Positions 17,688 through 26,676 of a DNA stretch of 33,103 nucleotides are shown in pieces (positions within the stretch are counted from its first letter, which is position 1; each line of letters opens with the position of its first letter). Both the position numbers and the translations under genes were made by a program. The notes beneath the pieces are model-generated. The model did no database searches. It was not told the origin of the DNA and saw nothing but the letters and a program-made list of their open reading frames with translations. Origin of the DNA: an uncultured Victivallales bacterium (GTDB lineage: Bacteria > Verrucomicrobiota > Lentisphaeria > Victivallales > UBA1829); contig CAZHPP010000002.1 in the NCBI GenBank assembly GCA_964534535.1, positions 1,922-35,024 of the forward strand, in the 5' to 3' direction.

Positions 17688-18681
17688 TCCTCTGCATCGG
17701 TTCGACGGCAGGAACGGCGCATCTTTCTTCCTTTCCTCCAGGAATTTTGCTTCATGGAGAAAAAGCCTGGAATTCTACCGTGCCTTCTCGTATGCGGCAC
17801 AGGTGAAAAAAACGGCTGTGGAACTTGCATACCCTGTATTGAAGATGCGAGGCGGATTCTCCGCGGACGAGGCAGCCGAATCTGTCGCGGCTGAACTGGA
17901 ACTTCCGTTCAAGCCTGACATGCATGGCGATTGTTCCGCAATGATCTCTCCGACACGCGACAAGGCAATTATTCATCGGCATGGCTCGGGATATGAGAAA
18001 ATAGCTTCCGGCGGAAGTCTTCCCGGCGTTTCGAGAGAGCTTGATGTTTACAGGCTTATGGCCGGAAATCCTCCGGAATCGTTTGCCGTGTCCGCGGTCT
18101 CAGATGTGGAAGAGACAGCTGAATACGTCCGCTTCTTCATGCATTATGCCGGAGGAAGTTTTACCGGAACGATGCCCGGCATCGAAAAAAACGTGCTCCC
18201 CCTTTCAGAGTTTTTCATGAAAGCTGAAGCGAAAACAGCCGCATGGCGTGATTTATACGATTGCCTGGCGCTCAGAAATCAGAATGTTGAAAAAATGCTC
18301 GCCCCCGACGATATGCGCGGCATGATTCAGACCGGACTCGTGCACAGGGATTTCAAACCGTGGAATGTCAGAAGCGGGGAGAGACCGCTGTTCTTCGATT
18401 TCGAGGAGGCCGCATTTGACGGCTGTCCGCTTGAAGACCTCTTCAACTATGATGTGGATCCCATGCTGCGCCGCACAACGCCGGAGGCCGTATGGAAGCA
18501 TGTCAGGCTGAAGACTTTTCATGCGGCCATGGAACTGCTTGAATATCTCAGCATCAATATTTCGGAACTTCCACGGTGCTGGAAATGGTATCTCCTTGAG
18601 CGGACCGTGTTCTGGAGTGAACGCGGACAGAATCAACTTTCCGGCAGATTCGCCGAACTTATGAAAATCTCCGTAAGATGA
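17665..18681 (+). CDS. Protein-kinase-like fold phosphotransferase (APH / LPS-kinase type)
   Basis: LVHRDFKPWNV (HxDxxxxN catalytic loop) followed by LFFDFEEA (DFx metal-binding pair). 23-nt overlap with the upstream gene. Start not certain. Confidence 0.6.
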   Translation: MPGHCQDNPLHRFDGRNGASFFLSSRNFASWRKSLEFYRAFSYAAQVKKTAVELAYPVLKMRGGFSADEAAESVAAELELPFKPDMHGDCSAMISPTRDKAIIHRHGSGYEKIASGGSLPGVSRELDVYRLMAGNPPESFAVSAVSDVEETAEYVRFFMHYAGGSFTGTMPGIEKNVLPLSEFFMKAEAKTAAWRDLYDCLALRNQNVEKMLAPDDMRGMIQTGLVHRDFKPWNVRSGERPLFFDFEEAAFDGCPLEDLFNYDVDPMLRRTTPEAVWKHVRLKTFHAAMELLEYLSINISELPRCWKWYLLERTVFWSERGQNQLSGRFAELMKISVR

Positions 18682-19934
18682 ATGCAAAACGATTGAAGCT
18701 TTTTATATCGGCATACGCGTGCGAGCCTGAAAAGGGATCAGAACCCGGCATCGGCTGGAATGTGGCTTCCGAACTGGCGAGATACCACGAAGTGCATGTG
18801 CTCACCCGCGCCAACAACCGCGGCGTCATTGAAGCGGCTCTGGGCGGAAGAAAGGAAGACGTCCCGGTATTCCATTATTACGATCTGCCCAAATGGCTGA
18901 GTTTCTGGAAAAAGAAACGCCGTGGATACAGGCTGTATTATTATCTCTGGCAGTACGGAGCGTTTTTCCATTACAGGAAATTTGTGAACACATTCGGCTT
19001 CGATATCGTGGAACACCTTACGTTCGCAAATTTTGCCATGCCATCGCTGTTCATGCTGTGTAATCCAGTCACGGTATATGGACCGATTGGCGCGACATCT
19101 ATACCGGCCGCCGTTTTCAGGGCTCTGCCGTTCAAAGTGCGCATGAAGGAAAGATTCAGGAAGTATGCAATGTCATTCATGTGCCGTCTTGAGCCGATGC
19201 GTGTCCTGACACCGCTGAAAGCCGATTGGATCATTGAGTCGGGCATGGAAGAAGGGAAGAGCAGTTTCCCAAATCGTTATGCGGCGAAAATACGCAGGCA
19301 TCCGCAGACGGGGATAAATACTTCCGAACCTGAGTACAGGATGGGCCGGAAACGTGCTGACGATGGTAAAATAAGGCTGCTGATATGCAGTGAATTCTTT
19401 CACTGGAAAGGGGTCATTTTCTCGTCCGAATTGTTCGTCAGGATCGCAAAAAAATATGACAACTCAGAGCTTCTGATCTATGGTTCAGGTCCTGAAAAAA
19501 GCACGATGGAGGATATTTTCCACAAAGCCGGGATTAAAGACCGGGTCCGTTTTATGGGGTTTGTATCCAAGGAAGAAATGATGCAGGCGCTGCTTGATGC
19601 CGATCTGCTGCTGTATCCGTCTTATCATCATGGACTTGCCACAGTGATATTGCAGGCGATGTTTGCCGGACTTCCGATAGCGGCAATGGCTGGAGACCCT
19701 GTGGCGCTTGCAGTTTCTGAGGGAGCCGGACTGACAGCGGACGGCGGAAACATGGAAGAGATTATGAACGACCTTGAAAGAAAGGTATCACAAATGATTG
19801 ATTCTCCGGAATTGAGAAAAAAACTCGGAGACCGTGGCCGGGAGCTGATACGGACAAGATATGAATGGAGCGTGCTTGTCCGGAAACATGTGTCGCTTCT
19901 TGAGGAAATGGCATGCGTGAAAGCAAAGCAATGA
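18678..19934 (+). CDS. Glycosyltransferase, GT-B fold (GT4 type)
   Basis: N-terminal LFISAYACEPEKGSEPGIGWNVA, typical of a GT4 subgroup. C-terminal YPSYHHGLATVILQAMFAGLPIAA region. ATGA overlap. Confidence 0.8.
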   Translation: MNAKRLKLFISAYACEPEKGSEPGIGWNVASELARYHEVHVLTRANNRGVIEAALGGRKEDVPVFHYYDLPKWLSFWKKKRRGYRLYYYLWQYGAFFHYRKFVNTFGFDIVEHLTFANFAMPSLFMLCNPVTVYGPIGATSIPAAVFRALPFKVRMKERFRKYAMSFMCRLEPMRVLTPLKADWIIESGMEEGKSSFPNRYAAKIRRHPQTGINTSEPEYRMGRKRADDGKIRLLICSEFFHWKGVIFSSELFVRIAKKYDNSELLIYGSGPEKSTMEDIFHKAGIKDRVRFMGFVSKEEMMQALLDADLLLYPSYHHGLATVILQAMFAGLPIAAMAGDPVALAVSEGAGLTADGGNMEEIMNDLERKVSQMIDSPELRKKLGDRGRELIRTRYEWSVLVRKHVSLLEEMACVKAKQ

Positions 19935-21076
19935 CATCCAGGGTCAGAATACTGGTCGATTGTCATGCATTCGATCAGCCGATGCGTCAGGGAATAACGA
20001 CTTATCTGGCCGGACTGTACAGGGAAGCCGTATTGATGGCGCCTGAAATGGATTTCTGTTTCGCGGCGGAGAACATAAATACATTAAAGTCTGTTTTCGG
20101 AAATGCTCCTAACGCCGGTTACATAAAACTCGGCAAACGCGGCAGATTCATGCGGCTCGCATATGAATTCCCGCGGCTGATAGAACAGGGGAAGTTCGAT
20201 TATGCTCATTTCCAGTATACGGCGCCTCTTGTGAAAAGATGCCGTGAAATAATAACCATGCATGATATTTTATTCTGCGATTTTCCTCAGCTGTTCAGCA
20301 TGAAGTACAGAATAAGCAAAAAAATGCTGTTCAGATGTTCAGCACGCAGGGCCGATATCCTGCTTACTGTGTCAGATTATTCGAAACAGCGCATCGCGGC
20401 AAACTGGAATATCAATAAATATAAGATACGTGTCACGCCGAATGCCGTAGGCAGGCAATGGGAATTACCGCCTTCCGCCGTTCAGACAGAGGGAAAGACA
20501 AAGTATCCTTTTTCACGTTATATTCTGTTTGTCAGCCGCATAGAACCCAGGAAAAATCATGCCGGACTTTTACGCTGTTTCCGCGAACTGCAGCTTTGGA
20601 AACGCGGCATTGGTCTGATATTTGTCGGCGCCGATGCTGAAAAATACGATGAACTGAGCATGGAAAAATCCATGCTCAGCAGCATGGCTGAACCTTTTGT
20701 CGTCCGCTATCGGAATCTTGATGAGACGATGCTGCGGAGCATTTATGCCGGAGCGGACCTGTTTGTGTATCCGTCGCTGGCGGAGGGATTCGGAATACCG
20801 CCGCTTGAGGCGGCTGTTTCCGGAATCCCGTGCCTGTGTTCGGACCGTACGGCGATGCATGATTATGATTTTTTCGGAAACGGCCTTTTCGATCCCGGAA
20901 ATAACGGAGAGCTGAAATGCAAAATATCGGATTTTTTTGATGGGAAGCTGAAACTCCCTGATGTAAATGAGGTAAAAAAAATGGTAATGGGAAAATATTC
21001 ATGGGAATCATCGGCACAAATCTTAATAGATGCCGTGAAAAAAGATTCTGGAGCTGCGTTTCGACATGAAGTCTGA
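19931..21076 (+). CDS. Glycosyltransferase, GT-B fold (GT4 / Glycos_transf_1)
   Basis: RILVDCHAFDQPMRQGITTY ... VSRIEPRKN ... YPSLAEGFGIPPLEAAVSGIPCLCSD. ATG 19931 gives an ATGA overlap with the upstream stop (the ORF opens at 19913). Confidence 0.85.
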   Translation: MTSRVRILVDCHAFDQPMRQGITTYLAGLYREAVLMAPEMDFCFAAENINTLKSVFGNAPNAGYIKLGKRGRFMRLAYEFPRLIEQGKFDYAHFQYTAPLVKRCREIITMHDILFCDFPQLFSMKYRISKKMLFRCSARRADILLTVSDYSKQRIAANWNINKYKIRVTPNAVGRQWELPPSAVQTEGKTKYPFSRYILFVSRIEPRKNHAGLLRCFRELQLWKRGIGLIFVGADAEKYDELSMEKSMLSSMAEPFVVRYRNLDETMLRSIYAGADLFVYPSLAEGFGIPPLEAAVSGIPCLCSDRTAMHDYDFFGNGLFDPGNNGELKCKISDFFDGKLKLPDVNEVKKMVMGKYSWESSAQILIDAVKKDSGAAFRHEV

Positions 21077-21095
21077 AGGAGCAATTCAGAGTAAA

Positions 21096-21638
21096 ATGAA
21101 AAAAGTTGCAATCATCGGTACCGTCGGAATCCCGGCGCATTACGGCGGTTTTGAAAGCTTCGCTGAACAATTGGTGCAGAGGCTGTCAGATCAGTTTGAA
21201 ATTACTGTGTACTGTCAGAAATCTGCATTCACCAGGCGTCCGCAAATGATAGGGAATGTGCATCTGAAATATCTGCCGCTCAAGGCAAACGGAGTTCAAA
21301 GCATTCCGTATGACGTTTGCGCGATAATGGACGCGCTCAGATATGCCGACACCCTCCTTGTACTGGGCGTGGGCGGATGCACGGTGCTGCCGCTGCTGAA
21401 ACTGCTGGGATGCCGCAGAAGGATCATCGTCAATATCGACGGCATCGAATGGAAGCGCGGGAAATGGTCCGGACCGGCGCGATGGTATCTTCACCTTGCT
21501 GAACGCTGTGCCGTAAAATATGCTGATGTCGTTGTAGGGGACAATCAGGTGATTGTGGACTATGTCCGATCCGAATACAAATGCGACTGCAGACTTATCG
21601 AATACGGTGCAGACGACACCCCATGGAAGGCTGTATGA
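21096..21638 (+). CDS. DUF1972-type N-terminal half of a GT-B glycosyltransferase (WchF/RgpA-like, likely rhamnosyltransferase), separate ORF
   Basis: MKKVAIIGTVGIPAHYGGFESFAEQL ... NIDGIEWKRGKW ... IEYGAD is the DUF1972 signature. It stops right after the inter-domain linker. Confidence 0.75.
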   Translation: MKKVAIIGTVGIPAHYGGFESFAEQLVQRLSDQFEITVYCQKSAFTRRPQMIGNVHLKYLPLKANGVQSIPYDVCAIMDALRYADTLLVLGVGGCTVLPLLKLLGCRRRIIVNIDGIEWKRGKWSGPARWYLHLAERCAVKYADVVVGDNQVIVDYVRSEYKCDCRLIEYGADDTPWKAV

Positions 21639-22159
21639 AGAATTATCCTTTTCTGAAGGAACGGTATGCGTTCACCGTATGCCGCATCGAACCTGAAAAC
21701 AATATCGCGATGGTGCTTGAGGCTTTCTCCGGTTCTCCGGCACTTCCCCTGGCAGTCGTCGGCAACTGGGACCACAGCGAATACGGACGCAGACTGCGCC
21801 AAAAATATGGGGATGTTCCTCATGTCTTCATGCTTGATCCGATTTATGAACCGTCTGAACTGAATGCTCTCAGAGGCGGGTGTTCAGCGTATATTCACGG
21901 ACACTCCTGCGGCGGCACGAATCCGTCGCTGATTGAAGCAATGTTTCTTGGACTTGCGGTAATCGCTTTCGACGTCAACTTCAACCGTGAAACTACAGAG
22001 AACAGTGCGCTTTACTTTGATTCTGCGGAACGGCTTGCCGGAATTTGCACAGGACTTGATGAAAAAACCATAAAGCGCACAGGAGCAAAAATGAAGGAGA
22101 TCGCTGACCGACGTTATACGTGGAAGCGCATCTGCGAATTGTATGCAAAACTATTTTGA
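21635..22159 (+). CDS. Glycos_transf_1-type C-terminal half of the same GT-B glycosyltransferase, separate ORF
   Basis: [13 protein letters not shown] ... [18 protein letters not shown] ... is colinear with the C-terminal domain of DUF1972 glycosyltransferases. ATG 21635 overlaps the upstream TGA as ATGA. Confidence 0.75.
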   Translation: MKNYPFLKERYAFTVCRIEPENNIAMVLEAFSGSPALPLAVVGNWDHSEYGRRLRQKYGDVPHVFMLDPIYEPSELNALRGGCSAYIHGHSCGGTNPSLIEAMFLGLAVIAFDVNFNRETTENSALYFDSAERLAGICTGLDEKTIKRTGAKMKEIADRRYTWKRICELYAKLF

Positions 22160-22173
22160 AGGGATATTTGAAC

Positions 22174-23235
22174 ATGCTTAAAATCATAGTTACTGGAGGC
22201 GCCGGCTTCATCGGCTCGGCGCTTATCCGCCACCTGGTCGAAAACAGACTGGCGGAAGTCACAAATCTTGACAAACTCACCTATGCCGGAAACCTCGAAA
22301 GCCTGAGGGATATTGCAGATTCGCCGCTTTACCATTTTGCAAAACTCGATATCTGCGACCAGAAAGGCGTAGAAAGACTTTTCGCTGAATTTCAGCCCGA
22401 CGCAATCATGCATCTCGCGGCAGAATCGCATGTGGACCGCTCAATCGACGATCCGCTGTGCTTTGTGCGGACGAATGTACTCGGCTCGGCGAATCTCCTT
22501 CAGTGCGCCCTGAATTACTGGAAAGGTCTTCCGGAGGAACGCAGAAAAGCTTTCCGGTTCCAGCATATCTCAACAGACGAAGTGTACGGCAGTTTAGGCA
22601 AAACCGGTTTCTTCAAGGAAACAACGCCCTGCGATCCCAAGTCTCCGTATTCGGCAAGCAAGGCATCCAGCGACCACATGGTGCGCGCATGGGGGCATAC
22701 GTTCGGACTTCCGGTGCTTGTTTCCAACTGTTCCAACAACTACGGTCCGTACCATTTCCCTGAAAAACTCATTCCCCTTGTCATACTGAATGCGCTTGAC
22801 GGAAAGAAGCTCCCCGTTTACGGCAGGGGCGACAACATCCGCGACTGGCTCTATGTCGAAGACCATGCAAAGGCGCTCTGGCTCATCAACCGCAAAGGCG
22901 TTCCGGGCGAGACCTACAACATCGGCGGCCATAACGAGCGCACAAACCTTCAGGTGGTGCAGACTGTCTGCGGGATTCTTGATGAACTCAGACCGAAAAC
23001 TTCCGGACACTACGCGGACCAGATCACTTTCGTGGCGGACCGCCCCGGACACGATCAGCGATATGCGATCGACTCCGGAAAACTTCAGCGGGACCTGGGA
23101 TGGCATCCGGAAGAGAATTTTGACACCGGAATACGCAGGACGATTCAGTGGTACCTTGATAATTCGTGGTGGTGGCGTCCGATACGCGACCAGAAATATT
23201 CCGGGGAACGCCTCGGCAAAGGAGCAGTGAAATGA
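22174..23235 (+). CDS. rfbB: dTDP-glucose 4,6-dehydratase
   Basis: [21 protein letters not shown] Rossmann motif, [22 protein letters not shown] (YxxxK), about 353 aa, first gene of an rfbBACD block. Confidence 0.95.
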   Translation: MLKIIVTGGAGFIGSALIRHLVENRLAEVTNLDKLTYAGNLESLRDIADSPLYHFAKLDICDQKGVERLFAEFQPDAIMHLAAESHVDRSIDDPLCFVRTNVLGSANLLQCALNYWKGLPEERRKAFRFQHISTDEVYGSLGKTGFFKETTPCDPKSPYSASKASSDHMVRAWGHTFGLPVLVSNCSNNYGPYHFPEKLIPLVILNALDGKKLPVYGRGDNIRDWLYVEDHAKALWLINRKGVPGETYNIGGHNERTNLQVVQTVCGILDELRPKTSGHYADQITFVADRPGHDQRYAIDSGKLQRDLGWHPEENFDTGIRRTIQWYLDNSWWWRPIRDQKYSGERLGKGAVK

Positions 23236-24098
23236 AAGGAATCGTATTGGCCGGAGGTGCTGGAACGCGCCTGCATCCTATTACATGCGGAGTCTCCAAA
23301 CAGCTGCTTGCCGTCTATGATAAGCCGATGATATATTACCCGGTCAGTGTTCTCATGCTTGCCGGAATACGTCAGATCCTGGTGATCACCACACCGGAAG
23401 ATCAGGCGGGCTTTCAGCGTCTGCTTGGCGACGGCAGCCGTTTCGGCGTGAATTTTTCCTATGCAGTTCAGCCGAATCCGGGCGGACTTGCTCAGGCATT
23501 CCTGATCGGCGAAAAATTCATCGGTACAGACAGCGTTTCGCTGGTGCTCGGCGACAATATCTTCTACGGCGCCAATTTGGGACCGATGGTACGCAGAGCC
23601 GCGGCAAACGGGCACGGAGCCACAGTGTTCGGCTACTATGTCAGCGACCCCGAACGCTTCGGAGTGGTGGAGTTCGATGAAAATTTCAAGGCCCTGTCCA
23701 TAGAGGAGAAGCCCACGGTCCCGAAATCGAACTATGCCGTAACAGGGCTTTATTTCTATGACAACGACGTCGTGAAAATCGCAAAGTCGATCAGGCCTTC
23801 CGCCCGCGGCGAACTTGAGATCACGGCAGTCAACAATGAATATCTCAAACGGGGAGACCTTCGCGTCGAACGCCTTGGACGCGGGTATGCATGGCTTGAC
23901 ACCGGAACCCACGACTCCATGCTCGATGCGGGAAACTTTATCCGCACGATTGAGACCAGACAGGGACTTCAGGTGGCATGCCTCGAAGAAATAGCGTATG
24001 AAAACGGATGGCTCGACAAAAACAGCATCCTCAGCGGCTGCCGCGACATGCTGAAGACAGACTACGGAAAATATCTCATAAGGATGATCGGACAATGA
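23232..24098 (+). CDS. rfbA: Glucose-1-phosphate thymidylyltransferase
   Basis: [35 protein letters not shown], canonical RmlA N-terminus. 288 aa. ATGA overlap. Confidence 0.95.
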   Translation: MKGIVLAGGAGTRLHPITCGVSKQLLAVYDKPMIYYPVSVLMLAGIRQILVITTPEDQAGFQRLLGDGSRFGVNFSYAVQPNPGGLAQAFLIGEKFIGTDSVSLVLGDNIFYGANLGPMVRRAAANGHGATVFGYYVSDPERFGVVEFDENFKALSIEEKPTVPKSNYAVTGLYFYDNDVVKIAKSIRPSARGELEITAVNNEYLKRGDLRVERLGRGYAWLDTGTHDSMLDAGNFIRTIETRQGLQVACLEEIAYENGWLDKNSILSGCRDMLKTDYGKYLIRMIGQ

Positions 24099-24652
24099 AT
24101 GTGACGGAATTTGAATTCCGGGGCATAAAACTTCTGGAACCGAAGGTATTCGGCGATTCCAGAGGATATTTCTTTGAATCGTGGAACGAATCACAATATG
24201 CGGATGCCGGAATCCGCTGCCGCTGGATTCAGGATAACGAATCCAAGTCGCGTTTCGGAGTGCTTCGCGGACTTCATTATCAGGCTGCGCCGTACACTCA
24301 GGCCAAGCTTGTAAGGGTGATCTCCGGAGCGGTGCTTGACGTGGCTGTGGACATACGCAAAGGATCATGCACCTTCGGAAAGCATGTCGCGGTGGAACTC
24401 TCGGGTGAAAACAAACGCCAGCTGTTCATCCCTCGCGGATTCGCTCACGGCTTTGCCGTCCTCAGCGAAGAAGTCGTCTTTGCCTACAAGTGCGACAATC
24501 CGTACATGCCGTCATCGGAACGGGGAATCCGTTTCGACGATCCCGCGCTCGGCATCGACTGGCGCATCAGACCGTATGAATGGATCTTGTCGGAAAAAGA
24601 CAGGAACAATCCGCTTTTCACTGATATTGAACCATGGGAGGATGCGGAATGA
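24095..24652 (+). CDS. rfbC: dTDP-4-dehydrorhamnose 3,5-epimerase
   Basis: [13 protein letters not shown] ... LRGLHYQ ... [20 protein letters not shown] ... IPRGFAHGF, canonical RmlC. 185 aa. ATGA overlap. Confidence 0.95.
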   Translation: MNVTEFEFRGIKLLEPKVFGDSRGYFFESWNESQYADAGIRCRWIQDNESKSRFGVLRGLHYQAAPYTQAKLVRVISGAVLDVAVDIRKGSCTFGKHVAVELSGENKRQLFIPRGFAHGFAVLSEEVVFAYKCDNPYMPSSERGIRFDDPALGIDWRIRPYEWILSEKDRNNPLFTDIEPWEDAE

Positions 24653-25503
24653 AGATCATGGTCACTGGCGGGAAAGGCATGCTGGGCAGAACCATTCAGC
24701 ACGAACTGAAAGAGAACGATCTCATCATCGCAGACCTGCCTGAATGCGATATTACCGATGCGGCCGGTTTTGAAGCATACCTCGCAGAAAAAAAACCTGA
24801 TGCAGTGATTCACTGCGCGGCGATGACCGCTGTCGACAAGTGTGAAACTGCGGCTGATTCGGCATACAGGCTCAACGCCGTCGGTTCCGGAAATGTGGCA
24901 TCGGCATGCTTCCGACATGATGTGCGCCTGATAGCGATATCCACCGATTATGTCTTCGGAGGCGAACTTGATCGGCCTTATAATGAGTTCGACGCTGCCG
25001 GCGGAGCTCATACGGTTTACGGAAAGACCAAGTTTGCAGGCGAGGAACTGATACGGCGTCACTGTCCGGACCATGTAATATGCCGCATATCATGGCTTTA
25101 CGGAGCAGGCGGCCCCAGTTTCGTCCATGCGATGATGAAACTGGCCGACGGAACACATCCGGAGCTTAAAGTTGTGAACGACCAGCACGGCAATCCGACT
25201 TCTGCCGCTGCCGTGGCGCGCCAGTTGAGAAACATCATTGCGAACCGTGCGCTCGCGGGAACATTCCATATGACATGCGAGGGCGAAGCCACATGGTATG
25301 ATTTCGCACTTGAAATATTCCGTCTGGCCGGAGTGAATCAGACCGTGACACCGTGCACGACGGCTGAATTCCCGCGTCCGGCGCCGCGTCCGCTGAATTC
25401 GCGTCTGGAAAAGAAAATGCTCAGGCTCTGCGGTTTGCCCGCAATGCCGGACTGGCATGACGCGTTAGCCGAATTCATCAAGACTGAATTCCCGGCAGAA
25501 TAG
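24649..25503 (+). CDS. rfbD: dTDP-4-dehydrorhamnose reductase
   Basis: [13 protein letters not shown] ... HCAAMTAVDKCE ... ISTDYVFGG ... YGKTKFAGE, canonical RmlD. 284 aa. ATGA overlap. Confidence 0.95.
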   Translation: MKIMVTGGKGMLGRTIQHELKENDLIIADLPECDITDAAGFEAYLAEKKPDAVIHCAAMTAVDKCETAADSAYRLNAVGSGNVASACFRHDVRLIAISTDYVFGGELDRPYNEFDAAGGAHTVYGKTKFAGEELIRRHCPDHVICRISWLYGAGGPSFVHAMMKLADGTHPELKVVNDQHGNPTSAAAVARQLRNIIANRALAGTFHMTCEGEATWYDFALEIFRLAGVNQTVTPCTTAEFPRPAPRPLNSRLEKKMLRLCGLPAMPDWHDALAEFIKTEFPAE

Positions 25504-25685
25504 GTGCGCTTCGTTTCCTGCTGAACAATGTGGATTCTTTTGCATACAGTCGACAGATTCCATCAGGGCAGGTCCAGCTTTGTGTTGGACAGAAAAGCTG
25601 GACAACCTGACGAGGCGGCAAACGGCCCGGCAAATATCATGGGAAAAAGCATCCCTGCCTGCTTCATGGAACAACAATAGTCCGG

Positions 25686-26045
25686 GTTTGGAGGAAAAAC
25701 ACCACATATATTGCCGCGGAAAGCCATCTGGCGTCTGTGATTGCCGTCATAGACTGGTTCAGCCGGAAAGTTCCTGCCTGCAGCACGGTCAGCACGATGG
25801 ATTCTCTTCATTGCGTCGAAACGCTTGAAACCGCCATTGCGAAATACGGGGAACCGGAAATATTCAAGATGGAACGTTTCTGGTGGCCTCTGAAACATGA
25901 AGACCTGAAAATCCGGGAGCATGTCTCGGTTCCGCGACTCAAGGTGTGGGGAATGTTTATCATAATGCAAGGGCGGTTGCGCCTGTCATTCGACTGAAAA
26001 CAGTCCAACCGGATGACAGTGCGAAGATGGTTTATTTATTGGTCA
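25686..26045 (+). mobile_element. IS3-family transposase OrfB (rve/DDE integrase core) relic with a large internal deletion and a frameshift
   Basis: VWRKNTTYIAAESHLASVIAVIDWFSRKV ... MDSLHCVETLETAIAKYGEPEIF | ERFWWPLKHEDLKIREHVSV... follows the IS3 OrfB pattern (W..DiTYi ... vID.fSRkv ... CvealE.A....G.PeI. ... ERFW.sLK.E). The central DDE region is missing. Boundaries approximate. Confidence 0.65.
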
Positions 26046-26132
26046 TGTTCGGCGTGATGACTGATTTTAATGCATTTTCATTGGCTGCCTGTCCCTTGAA
26101 CCCTCGGCAGGACTCGAAGAGCCCTGCACCCT

Positions 26133-26158
26133 GCGCAAAAAAATCATTTTTTTTGCGC
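26133..26158. repeat. AT-core palindrome GCGC-A7-TCA-T8-GCGC followed by TCGTTTTTTG (terminator-like)
   Basis: Read directly: gcgcaaaaaaatcattttttttgcgc, then tcgttttttg. Possible bidirectional intrinsic terminator or IS-internal structure. Confidence 0.35.
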
Positions 26159-26269
26159 TCGTTTTTTGTCGACACCTGTCGTCCAGGGGGCAAACCTCCG
26201 TTTTTTTCCCCCGCCCCCCGAATTCCTGGGAAAAAAACAGTCAACGTTCCGTACACAGCCCAAAAAAAT

Positions 26270-26428
26270 TATTCGGCAAGATGCGGGATAGAACCATTGT
26301 TCGGCCGCCTCAAACAATGGACGCCGCTGCGGCGGCTGAGAATACGTGGTAAAGAATCCGTCCACTTTTCAATTTATATGATCTTTGCAATGCATAACGT
26401 CATGCAGGCGGCAAGAATTTTAGAATTT
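26270..26428 (+). mobile_element. C-terminal relic of an IS4/IS5-type DDE transposase
   Basis: YSARCGIEPLFGRLKQWTPLRRLRIRGKESVHFSIYMIFAMHNVMQAARI contains an exact Y-x2-R-x3-E-x6-K signature. No upstream DD part is recognisable. Confidence 0.65.
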
Positions 26429-26647
26429 GGTCCTCGTAAGAATGAAACAGCTTCTTTTTTGAACCGATTCGTTCAATTCCTTGCTGCTTTTGGGGGAAAA
26501 TACGGATTCTGCCATTTCTGCAAAGCCTGTTTTCTGCGAATTTCTGGATTCTTCGATATCATAACTGAACTCTCTTTTCAAGCCGGTGCCATGTTGGCAG
26601 TCTTGCCGCCACCCCGCATGATTCATGTTAAATTTTTATTTTTGCAC

Positions 26648-26676
26648 TTGACTTTAGAAGCGGCATGCTGTATATT
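26648..26676 (+). promoter_or_regulatory. Sigma70-like promoter candidate for the regulator gene (TTGACT - 17 nt - TATATT)
   Basis: TTGACT at 26648-26653, a 17-nt spacer, TATATT at 26671-26676, 29 nt upstream of ATG 26705. Confidence 0.5.

Noticed and set aside
17075-17806. 243-aa alternative-frame + strand ORF across the kinase-pair junction
   Set aside because: The translation is Arg/Gly/Gln-rich and motif-free, and it overlaps two ORFs that carry Walker-A and HRD-type motifs.
23145-24368. 407-aa ORF on the minus strand
   Set aside because: It lies antisense to canonical rfbB/rfbA/rfbC coding sequence. The translation has no recognisable motifs, and the + strand genes are unambiguous.
25572-25603. 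9-bp stem-loop GTCCAGCTT-N14-AAGCTGGAC about 70 nt after rfbD
   Set aside because: It has no downstream U-tract and lies inside or next to the IS3 relic. Evidence is insufficient to call it the operon terminator.
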